Assembly: GCA_028534125.1 (NCBI GenBank)
Contig: CM052829.1
Coordinates: forward strand, 44,702,001 to 44,766,000
Length of the DNA stretch: 64,000 nt
Direction of reading: 5' to 3'
Source: Lama glama
Taxonomy: Eukaryota
The notes below the pieces were generated by a model, which saw only the letters and a list, made by a program, of their open reading frames with translations, did not search any database and had not been told where the DNA came from. The position numbers and the translations under genes were made by a program. Positions 1 to 10,799 of the stretch are shown here, piece by piece (the first letter of the stretch is position 1; each line of letters starts with the position of its first letter).

Positions 1-1165
1 AGTGTAATTTATCTCTTGACTGGTCCTGGGCTGATAAAATAGGCTATCTTTCTTTCACCTCATAGCTATTTCACTTAGACACTGACTAGATCTTGCCAGG
101 CATCCCTGGAGCCAACCTAAGAAGGGTACTCTTTGGGGTGGGGAATAGCTTGTTTATTCCCTGGACCTAATAGACCAGAGTTTAGTATGAGTTCTTACCC
201 TGGGCCCCAGAAAGATTTGAGAGGTCTACTTACTAGCTGAGTTAGCCTTTGATAAGATGGAATGAGGACGGTCTTTTCGTTTTTAATTGTTAGGGAAGAC
301 TTAGAGATATTCCATTTTCTCATTCTAAGTCTCTACGGAAAATGAAAATGCCAGAATTCTTTTCACTCCAGGCATCAGATATTATAGAAATAATAGATCT
401 GAAAGATTTACAGCATTAGGCAAGGGGAAAAGGTTGATGGGTTTAAGTGACATAATTGAAGCTCTCAATGTTAGAAACCCCTTTTATAAGCTGAGACACC
501 TAAAGGCTTGGCAAGTGTCCATACTCATTAGCCATCTGCATCCCTACTGACTGTGTGTGTATACTGAAGGATTTAATGAATCATAGACATATGATCACTG
601 CACGGAAAAAAAAAATGTGTTGTGCCCAGCACACTCTTTTCCATAAAGAAGGCATCACTGGGAAATGCAACATGTGCAAACAGGCCACAAAATTGCAGCA
701 AATTAGTCCTTATTATCCACTCATCTATGCAGAAAAGTTTTAAAAGGTAATAAAGTCCTCAGTTCTTAAAATTGGCACTTTGGCCTCCCTGTTTTTAGAG
801 TAAAATATATAGCGCTGGATAACTACTGTGCATGCAAGCATTTAGTTTAGCTTTTAACTACCTTTCAATTCAGGAGGCATTTCAAATCATGCTGTCACCT
901 GTTCCCCAGTTTTCCACTTCAGGTTACCATCCCAAACTACCTCGTTAAAATAAATGAAAACAAACAGGATTATCCAAGTGAAATGTCACTATTGCTATTA
1001 TAACATAAGAATGTTTTGGCATTGTTCAGTAAAACTACAGTTCTAGGCTGTCAGTGTAACCCATGGAAATTCAGATGACATCTCATTAGTTCGTCTGTTC
1101 CATATTTGTGCTTGTGCTCGGAATAAATGATAATGCAGTTCCATACACGCACAGCATCATAAGGG

Positions 1166-1441
1166 TCATTGTTTTCTCTATGAACAATGATGCAATTCAA
1201 TGGCTCCATTATCCTTGTTTGTCAAGTATCCTGTTTGTTGTCATTTCTGAGCACAGTGGATAATCCTGTAACTTAAATATGGGTATGCCCACATGGAAAA
1301 GTCAAACCTCTATACCTTTCAAAAGAGTTTTTCCCAAGCTGCTCTCTAATTTTCAAGTATTTACCCGGGGTCAGGGGGAGGGGGTTGTGCTAAAAACCTA
1401 GTGAACTACGTGCAGACTTTTCTAGAGTTTTTAACCGGAAG
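1166..1441 (+). promoter_or_regulatory. Candidate promoter-proximal motif cluster upstream of putative first exon
   Basis: SOX-type inverted pair TCATTGTT..AACAATGA (1166-1190), C/EBP-ATF TGATGCAAT (1188-1196), GGGGGAGGGGG (1374-1384), TACGTG (1407-1412), ETS ACCGGAAG (1434-1441); motif matches only. Confidence 0.3.
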
Positions 1442-1497
1442 CACTGGTTTTAGGTTCAGTATACATCTTATGAGATCTGGCCTAATTGAAAGAGATT

Positions 1498-1517
1498 GAG
1501 AGAGAGAGAGAGAGAGA
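1498..1517 (+). repeat. (GA)n microsatellite
   Basis: about 10 GA units seen directly. Confidence 0.9.
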
Positions 1518-1615
1518 TGGACCAAAAAGGATCAGAAGGAAAGATGATGAACTACCAGGAACAAAAGCGCAGGCACTTATCTGCCGGACACAGAGGCACC
1601 CCAAATTCAACACAG
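1517..1615 (+). other. Putative first exon (ATG to GT donor, 33 codons), unverified
   Basis: GAGATGG Kozak context, open frame to consensus donor CAG|GTGAGT at 1615/1616; no recognised homology. Confidence 0.25.
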
Positions 1616-2244
1616 GTGAGTTGATGCAGAGTGTGCAGTCATCTTTAGAATGCAGCTTGAACGTGTGGCATGTCATCCAGCACATGGCAGCCACTGTGTG
1701 CTACCGCGTGGTGCACAACTGTATCCCCCGCAACTTTCCATCTGGCCATTCTTCAGCCAGATGTACAGGAAACGGAGAATCAAAGCAACTAATGTGGTCA
1801 CATGTAAACAGCACATCTGACACTGGGGGAGCTTCAGCTTTTTAAGCACAGGACTCACCACCAGGGTGACAGAGACGCTAAGAAGTGAGCAGAAAAATGA
1901 TGATTTCTGAGAACTCAGAACATACGGTGAAGCCATGGTACAGAAAAGTTTGTTGTCAGCGGAGAAAACTCCCATTTAGGTCCAACAGTATAGTAGTCTG
2001 GGAAATACAGCTACATTTTAGAAGTCTTTCTGTAAGTCATTTCTTTCCTTTAAATGGCCATCTGATGGTGTTTCTGCCTTTCTAGCACTGGGAGATTTCG
2101 CATTTTCCTCCCCATTGGATGTGCTTCCAATGATTGTGTCTTAAAGTTTCCACTGCTATCACTTGAAACATCGAGTCGGATGAAGCCAATTACGAAAGGA
2201 AGAAACTCAAGTGGAAGTGGGGAAGCACAAGGTAACAAATGTTC

Positions 2245-2432
2245 TTTTAGCCAGCTCTTAGTTGTGTGACATTAGTCAAATCACCTGCCATCTTTGAGGC
2301 TTAATATTTCCACCTTGAAAATGAGTATAAAACACCTATCTCATAGAGTTTCCGGGATGATCGACTTGAGACAACTTTAAAATGCATCAAACCCAGTGCC
2401 TGGAGTATCCTGGGTGCTCAGGAAATGTTAAC
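2245..2432 (+). mobile_element. MIR SINE
   Basis: tgtgtgacattagtcaaatcacc...aaaatgagtataaaacacctatctcatagag...agtgcctgg...gctcaggaaatgttaact resembles MIR core and tail. Confidence 0.8.
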
Positions 2433-4939
2433 TCCCCACCTGCTCGCTTCCCTTCTCCACTGTGCTTCTAGGCATCTTACCAGCTGTGAAATGTCTTCGC
2501 CTGAAAATGATAGAACCATATTAACATATGTAGAGAGTTTAGTTTATAGCTATCTTTTTGGCCATGTTGGCTCAAGTCACGGTGGAAGGGATTAGTTCTG
2601 GAAAATGCTAGCTTTCCAGTCATTTGGGGAAGGCTATAAGGGGATCAAGAGTTCATCTTTCTACCTAAAAAAATGCCCTCCAATTCCTGCTTTCTGTAGA
2701 TCAGAACTCAAAACTGAAAGAACTTAAAGGTGGTGGGGTATGGAGGGCAGGAAAAAAAAAATGATGTGATTCTGGAACAAATACTTCCACAGCCTCTGGG
2801 CCAAAACAGAATGTGAATGTACACATTCACCCAAAGCTAGGTCTGGATCCCTAGGGGCAACTTCGGAAATTAAAGTGTCCCAAGTGCTTTAGAATTATTA
2901 TGAAGTCCCTGGCATTATACAGATATGGATAGGGTGACTCTATGCCCTGATTTTCCCAGTATGGTCCAGAATTATGTGTTCTTTCACCATAATTAATAAC
3001 GGCCCTTTTGTTCTCCAGGGTATCACAGTTTGAATGATATATTATACAGTTTTTATTGCCATGGGGTACTTGGAAGTCCCCAAGCCTACAAGTGTAGGTC
3101 ACCAATCAAAAGAATCTATATTGGCTCCAGAATCCTGCTATAGTTATTGGTGCTTTGGGTACCACTTCCAATAAACACACAATGTTATCATCCTTGAATA
3201 ACACCTGAGTGTACAGTAAAGAACTCTGAGGGACAGGTACATCAATGAATGGTTTTAGATTTTCAATCGTATCTCTTTTAGGGTCATAATTTACATAACA
3301 TTCATTTTCTCTCTTTTTCTCAAACTATAAGTTTTTCCATATACTTCTGAATTCTCCATTTAACTGACTTATCTTTTTGTTCCTGAGCACTTACACACGT
3401 TTAATTACCAAAGCCTTATAGTATATCTCAATATCTGATAGGATATGTTTTCCCCTCACCCAACTTTATTCTTATTTGTTAAAAGTTGCTTGACCATACT
3501 TGCAAATTTATGTCAAGTGACAGACTTTTATTTACATGGTGCAAAGTAGGAATATCAAAACCCTGTAAAATTTCCTTCTACCAGGCTGACCTGTTTCATC
3601 TTAGGATCTCAGGTTTAACTGTACACCTGGATTTGATTCCTCATATGTTTATACATGTTATGGTTGGGTGGTGAGATGTGCTTGTTTTTGGTGACAAGTG
3701 TTATGAAATAAAATTTCCTCCTAATTCGGAGCAGACTATTAACATGATGGTACAATCAAGACATTCATGGAAACTTTATGACAAAAACATTCCATGAACT
3801 GCAGAAGGGCACTTCCCTCATCTTTTCATGTCACACCCATTAAAATGAAAACTTCTTTTGGCACAGCTAGGGAGAATCAAGGTAGAGTGATTCGTTGGAT
3901 TGTGCTAGGCTACAAAGGGCTTTTCCCTCTTTAAATTAATACAAACTGAGCTATTAAATACAAATGAAAATTAATGGCATTTATAGCCATTGTTATGGCC
4001 ATGACGTTTGTTCAAAACCCTTCACGTTAATAGGGAAGAGAGTGTTTATGTTTAACAAGTCCATGCCGGTTGTTTTTCAGCATCTTTGGAAGGTTTCACC
4101 AATTAGGAGAACCTTAAAGTTGCTGAAGTTTCAGGGGTAAGCTGACAGCGGGAGTGCTGGGGTGCTGAGTTTTGCCCAGAATCAGATTTTCTCCTAAGTC
4201 TGTAGAAGTTTTCATGCTAAGCTTCCCAAGTTGAATTTATTGGGTATGATAGTACTCTTTAAGAAGAGATCTACATATCTGTGGATTTCCCAATGAAATC
4301 TGCAGATCTCAATATAAATAAATGGGCTTGGAAGGACTACAGATGTGGGCTAAGAGTCTGCAGATGCAGGTTGAAGGTGCAGATGATATTAATCAAAACA
4401 CATATGTAATTATGCCCTTCTTTTATCACCATGGGTACAGTGCTGGCTAGGACATAGATTTATGTAAGAAAGAGATAGGTGTTCCCATTTGGATTATCCA
4501 TTTAAAATATGATACACTCATTACCTAAATCAGGCTGCTCCAGATTTCCATTTTCCACCAAAACAGGAATCCTACCACTCTACTCACTGACCATGGACCT
4601 CGGCCTCCCACAAAGAAATGTTAAAAATGGAGTGAGTTGAGAACTTTCTCCTACAGTCCTTGACTTTATCTCCAGAAAGGAGAATAAGACGCCACATGGC
4701 AGCCTATTCTCTTCGCAGCAAATCAACAATACACAAAGCCCTCTTTTTTGTATCATTTTCCCTACCCTGTTCCCATGTTTCTTATCCTAAGGTCTCTCCA
4801 GGGTGGGCCTGCACACAAAAACTCAGAAGAACCCTCAGTGGTTCCTTCTCCAGTATCTTCTTTGCTAAGTGAAGGGTAGAAGCCCCAGGCTAGCTTTTAT
4901 GGTCCCTCTTTTTCTATGTTCTGTTTATAGTCCATGTTT

Positions 4940-5056
4940 AAATATTCAGTTCCACAACACTGAGTGCTTACTATGTGCCAGTGTCTGCTCTAGATTCTTG
5001 GGACACATCACTGAACAACACAAAAATATTTGCCATTGTGGGACTAACCTTCTAGC
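4940..5056 (-). mobile_element. L2 3' end fragment
   Basis: ctgagtgcttactatgtgccag...gggacacatcactgaacaacaca...ccttctag is the antisense L2 tail. Confidence 0.75.
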
Positions 5057-5558
5057 TGCTCCCCAGGGATCCCTGCCCCTCCACAGGGAATGTGTTGAGG
5101 AGGGCTGAGCTCTGAGTTAGTACCCTAACAAAGGCAGCTTTGCATCCCTTAGTTCAAAATCTTAACTGAGGAACAATTGGAATTTCAGCATATTGATATT
5201 TTAACTAAAATTATATTCTCTTATCTTAAAGAAAATAACATGAGTCTGTTTTCAGCTTTTATTTATCATTTTATTCTCATATCTATCTATGCTATTTCCC
5301 TTTGGTGTTTTGGACTTTAGAAATCACTGTGAGGAACATGTTTTCTGTACTTTACATCAATAGTTTGTGATAGCTGCTGCAAAACTTGGATTTTAATCCC
5401 TCTGCAAGAATTACAGCAGGATAAACTGCCAGATTATGTCACAGTCCTAACTTATGTAAAAGAGACTGTATTTAATCCTTTAATGCTCTTAATTTTCACC
5501 TTAATGCCATGATGCATTTGGGGAGAGGGAGGTTGTTAGACTGAAAATATCTTAATAT

Positions 5559-5615
5559 TTTCAAAAGATAATAAAGATAGTTTCAAAAGATAATAAAGAT
5601 AGTTTCAAAAGATAG
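5559..5615. repeat. 22-bp tandem duplication (2 full copies + 1 partial)
   Basis: TTTCAAAAGATAATAAAGATAG at 5559-5580 and 5581-5602, TTTCAAAAGATAG at 5603-5615. Confidence 0.95.
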
Positions 5616-6275
5616 TTTCATTAGGCACAAAATTCTAGGTTGACAGTTCTTTTCCTTGACATTTTTTTTCTTTCTCAATCAACATTTCATATTAATTTCT
5701 TAACAGAGGTTCAGTTTCCACTTGATACTCATATTACCCCAATTTCCTAAAAAAGGGAATTTTTCGAGTTGGTGTATTTGAATTAGGTTCTAAACAAGGT
5801 GCACACATTGCGTTTAATTATTAACTCTCATAAATCCCTTTCAAACTTTAACATCTAACATTCTCCCTCTTCCTACTGCCATTTTTTCTTCTGTTGAAGA
5901 AGCCAGACCCGCTGTCCTGTGGAACACCCGTGGAACCCTGGCCTTGGGAGACTGCTTCCTAGTAACATCTTCTAGCTTGTTTCGCTAACTCCTTGTTGCC
6001 TGTAAACTGGAGATTAGATCTTGAGGCTTGATTGATTAATAGTTTTTTTTGTTTTGTTTCGTTTTGGGTTTTGTTTTTTGTTTTTCGGTTTTTGTTTTGC
6101 CGGGGAAGCAGGGAGGCCAGGGCAGGTGGCAAAGACTATTTCACGGGTCTATGCTATATGTGTCCTATTGCCTCACGTCGAGAAAGACACACTGTCTGAC
6201 GGTTAACACTTTTAAAGGTGCTAAAACTGGCCAGGCTAGTGGGCTTTTAGATAATGTCAGCCCAGTCCCTTTGTT
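5603..6275 (-). mobile_element. Old L1M fragments (ORF2 piece plus L1MC4/5-like 3' UTR)
   Basis: gatagtttcattaggcacaaaattctaggttgacag, ttgaattaggttctaaacaaggtgcacacattgc and ctgtaaactggagattagatc resemble antisense L1M/L1MC. Confidence 0.65.
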
Positions 6276-6590
6276 ATAAAATTCTGGCAGATTGGAGGGG
6301 GTTATTTCTGAAAGTGTTTTTGTTAATATATAGGTAAGATGTCTTCCAAGAATACAAACATGCACTAAGAAGAAAATAAAAATTATCCTCACTCTCACTC
6401 TCCAGGTTGTAAACGCACACATACACACACACACACATATGAATGCTATGTGAACAGTTTTGTATCCTGCTTTTTTTCGGTTAACATGAACTGAAAACAG
6501 TGTTTAGATGCACTTACACTATGAGCAGAAGTCTGCCCCGCATCTCTAGTCTGTTTCTCTTAATTGATGTTGAAATAATGCAGCTTAGTA

Positions 6591-6693
6591 GGGGAGGGAA
6601 GTAGCTCAGTGGGAGAGCACATGCTCAGCATGTATGCGGTCCTGGGTTCAATTCCCAGTACCTCCATTTAAAACAACAACAACAACAACAAAA
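6591..6693 (+). mobile_element. tRNA(Ala)-derived SINE, vic-1-like (camelid), with 17-bp TSD
   Basis: GGGGAGGG head, A box TAGCTCAGTGG, B box GGTTCAATTCC, (AAC)n/A tail; TSD GAAATAATGCAGCTTAG at 6572-6588 and 6694-6710. Confidence 0.92.
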
Positions 6694-7642
6694 GAAATAA
6701 TGCAGCTTAGAAACCAGTGATTCTATAAGACAATCAAGAAGACAGATTAAAATGTTTTGTATTATTTTACTGTGAAATATACTCTGAGTTCTACGATAGA
6801 AAATAGCTTTTGCATGACAGTGAAATAAAGAGAGGATTGGTTTTCTTTGGGAGGAAGGCTTCTTTGAGTAGCCAAGTGGCAAGGACCAGTGCTTCAAAGG
6901 GGAGCTATTTGTGTTCTGGGGACTGAGATTTATTTTGAAAAGATGGAAGCATAGGGTCTACTTCTTGTGCAGCATGCGGGCTCACACACTGGCATGATGC
7001 CTTTGGGTGGAAAGAAGTCTGAAGCTGAAGGCAGCTTTGGTACCTGTGCTTGAACCCATCCTGAGCAGATCCCTGCCTTCTGGCGTGCCAGATCTCCTGA
7101 GTCCCATTCAAGCAAGGAAAGGGTAAGATGTAACACACTGGAGAACACTGTTCATGCTTCTCTGGTTTCCTGATGGAATGTGAACCCCGCTATTTACTCC
7201 ACAGACCTCCAATGCAACATCAAAGACATACCGCTAGACCCTCATCGTCACTGCCAGAGAGGTTTTAGATGACTTAAGTTGGGAAGCACTCTGTATATTC
7301 TGCTACTCCAGAAGATTTTCAGCTCCATCTGGAATCAAATCCCCCACCCCCGACCCCCAGACTCCATATTTGAAACCCGCTAGTGGAAGCTCTTAAATAC
7401 TGCTTTCATTAAGCTGCTCTTCAAAGTTATACTTTTGTTTTTAACACTTTAAAAAGGTGAGAATGTGGAGGATGGCCATGTACAAACTTCTGAATTGTTA
7501 CAAAATGTTGCTGGGGATATTGTCTACAGGGCACTCCATGTAAGGCTACACTTGAAAATTTTCATTTTGGCTTCAGAGCCAGGATAAAGAAAAAAGTTTT
7601 TCTTTTGAAACTGCCAGACTTTCCCCTTCCTAGTAAGTAGAC

Positions 7643-7988
7643 TGTGTTAGCCTAACCTACTATAACAAAGACACCCAAAACACAGTGGCTTAAAACAGAT
7701 TGGATGTTTATTATTATTTGGTGTAAAAGTCCGGAGATAGATGATCCAGAGCTCATAGGAGGTTCTGCCATCATTAACACACAGCTTCTACTTTGGGGTT
7801 CAAAGTGATTGTTCCAAGGGGCAAAGGGCAAGGGAACCCAGAAATGGCTTAACTTATTCCTGCTCACCTCCCACTGGCCAGAAATTAGTCTCAAGGCCAT
7901 GCCTGCCTTTGAGGGAGGATGAGAAGAGTTTGGTGATTAAAGACGAAAGAGGCATAGATATTGGTGGACAAACTCAGTATCTGCCAGA
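7643..7988 (-). mobile_element. MaLR LTR (MLT1J-family), 3' LTR of remnant provirus
   Basis: tataacaaagacacccaaaacacagtggcttaaa...ccactggccagaaattagtctcaaggccatgcc...gatattggtggacaaactcagtatctgcca. Confidence 0.8.
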
Positions 7989-9152
7989 ATTTGCCCCTCT
8001 GGCCATCCAAGTACCCCTGTGCTCCCTTCTTCCCACACACAGCGTTCTCCATCAGGCTTGGAGTCCAGAATCTCTGCATAATGTACAATCCTCTCCATCA
8101 AGTCTAGCTCTAACTCCTGTAGTCTGGCGCCCTAGAAACAAAGAGACAAGTTATCTTCAGCCCCACCTTCCAACCAAAATATCACAATAAACAAAGTTTT
8201 ATGACCATTTTATTGTGGATAACCACAATAACAACTCCAATTCAGAAAAGTGAAGAACGATGAACATACAGTAGCCACTAGTCCACAGCAACTGTTAAAC
8301 CCCAGCAGATGGGAATTGCAGGTTCTGTGCCCTGGCAGTGCAGGGCCCCTTGGTTGGACGGGAATGCTGGGAGTAGCTCTTCTGGTCCTGTGGGAGGTTT
8401 TCTTGCCTTTATCCTTCATGGCCACTTATAAAATGGGCATAGCCTGTTGCCTGCTGGTAAAAATTTAGGAGTCTGGGGATTCTTTTAAGGTTCAAATGGA
8501 CACTGTCTTTTGCAGACTGGGCTTGTGGTTTCTTTGGCAATACAGTTCCCTTAAAACCCAATAGACTCACAGTCTACTTGCTTCCTGTCAGTTCCAGATG
8601 CCACTAACTACTGCTCAAGATCTCATCTACCCATAAGTCTTAAGGCAAAAGATTCTATTTTTTCATTTCCTGATCTCCATGTTCAACATACCTCTCTCTC
8701 ATTTTGCTGGACACTCCCTAAAGGCCTTTAAAACAATAGCTTTGAGTGAGAAGGCAACACCCTTAGGGAGTGGCCCCATTATAGGGAACACTCAGTATTG
8801 GGCTCTGAGAAAGGCCGATGCCATAGTTCCATCTTTCCATGTATTTGCTGGTACAAAAGCAGATGCATTTTCAAACTGCTGAGTGACCAGATTTTCATTC
8901 AATTTAGATTGTAGCTTGCAGGCATCTGCTTGCAAACTGACTAGCTATCACCTGAGTTAACCTCTCGTGTAAGCCTTTGCTAAGATTGTCAATTACTAGT
9001 CATCTACCACTGGTGGTAGTTTTACCAAATATTTACCATAACATGACTAAAGTCAACAGCTTTACATATTTCAGTATCAGTGTTTGTTGTTTGACCATTA
9101 TGGCATTACCATCTATTTTTACTTCAGGACTCCACTTCTAAGTACCAACTTC
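7989..9152 (-). mobile_element. MLT1-int (MaLR internal region, deleted)
   Basis: PPT-like atttgcccctct next to the LTR; agacaagttatct; ggataaccacaataacaactccaattcagaaaag; 5' end ccacttctaagtaccaacttc. Confidence 0.7.
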
Positions 9153-9506
9153 CATATTGGTAGGGTACAGTCTAAGCTAATGAAAGAAAAAGATCCAAAA
9201 CTCCTGTAGCTCCAGCAAAGTAATAGCCCAAAGGTCAGCAGTCCAGGTCTAGTATAGAGATTCTGCCATCCTAAACACATAGCTCCTCTGGATTCCAAAT
9301 AGCTGCTTCAGCTCCTGTCACTACATCTGCATCCCTTCACATGTCTATTATGCTAAAGTGTATGACTTGTGAGTTGTACCTATCAATTCCACTTATATCC
9401 CTTTGGCTAGAAGTTAATCTCTTGGCTCAGTTAGCTATAAGGAAAATGTGAAACGTCATGTTTAGAAAGGGATACACGTTGGTGAGCAGCTACAATTCCC
9501 ACTACA
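9153..9506 (-). mobile_element. MaLR LTR (MLT1J-family), 5' LTR of remnant provirus
   Basis: gtccaggtctagtatagagattctgccatcctaaacac parallels the first LTR; ccacttatatccctttggctagaagttaatc. Confidence 0.7.
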
Positions 9507-10283
9507 GAATTGAATTGTCTTGTTTTTCTTTTTGCCCAGGCAATTAGGAAGCTCAAAGTCAAATTTGTAGCATTTGTGTGTATATGAATGTGTATGTGTG
9601 CAGACTTATGATCTACTTGCTTCTGTATGTATATATGTAATATTTAAAACATTTTCTGTATTTTTCTATATTTTTTCCATAGTATTGATTTTCTATCTTG
9701 ATTTTATTAAACTGTTTATACATACATACTTTATTGTAAGCTGACTCAAGTCCTTTTCAAAAAGGGCTGTGGTATAAACAAACGGTAAATGTGAATATGA
9801 ATAACGAGAACTCTAACATAGGACACTTCCAAGGAATATTCGGCTTCAGTTTCCCATTTATGCTGGAAAATATTTGTCATATCAAATATACCAAGTTTGA
9901 ACTCCATTAAATTTGTAGTGTGTTAACCCGTCTAACACATTACCTGATATTCCACCATTAGAAGTTTCATTCCTTGGCTAAAGACTTATGTCGTACTACA
10001 CTGTGAGTACTTGGGAGGGGTGATCAATTAAAATCTCAACAGACATCACTGTTGTCGTGAGAATGAGCTGAATACACCAGCTTCATTGTAATAGTTGCTA
10101 AGAAGGGGCGGACATGAGAAAATGTGACAGGAGGCCAGTGAGCCTTCATCCTGGTCAGGCTGAGATGCCTCAGATAGCGTGTAAGGTGGACACCACAGGA
10201 GGCCACGTGGTAATGGAATAGCTTGTTGAGGTGCACTAGAGCAGTGGAGGTGGGGGAGGTGGAGGAAAGCCTGATCATCGTCA

Positions 10284-10605
10284 AATTTTATTGGGTGCTT
10301 ACCTGTGCCAAGCAACGTTTAAGGTCTTTATGTGCGTGTATTACCTCATTTAAAACAAGGGGGCCCTGGAAGTCAAACAGGAGAAGACAGGCTCAGGTGC
10401 CAGGAAACTGAACACAGCTGCTAACTCTGTCTTGCACTCATTTACCAAGCACTTTCACAGAGTGGGTCTCACTTGATCTTCCTCAATCCCTGCTGTGCAG
10501 GTTGGACGAAGATGAAACAAGGCTCCAAGTGGCAGAGCTGGGACCCCAACCTGCACCTTCCCCCTAGACTCATCTCATTGCAACCCAACCATGCCTCCTC
10601 ATTCT
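10284..10605 (-). mobile_element. MIR fragments
   Basis: tttattgggtgcttacctgtgccaagc...ctcatttaa and tttaccaagcactttcaca...agtggcagagctggga. Confidence 0.6.
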
Positions 10606-10799
10606 ACATCATTTCACAAAGAGTTGGTCTCATAGCTAAAAACAAAGTTCAAAAATATTTTCAAGTGTGGAACATAGGAAGATTTTTAGATGAGTAATGA
10701 AATGAAAGATTTCAGCATGAAAACATCATATTTTATTCCAAAAGCTAAGAAAGAACTTTCTCATGGAGGCTGAGGTGTTAGCCCTCCTGTTGAAGCTGG

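Noticed and set aside
5559-5615. CRISPR-like direct repeats
   Set aside because: No spacers, and the DNA is mammalian; this is a simple tandem duplication
6591-6666. tRNA-Ala-like sequence
   Set aside because: A-rich tail and 17-bp TSD show it is a SINE, not a tRNA gene
9515-9540. Strong + strand splice acceptor (also isolated donors at about 13091 and 53822, and a minus-strand donor at about 1858)
   Set aside because: No convincing partner site or open exon; isolated splice-like sites are expected by chance
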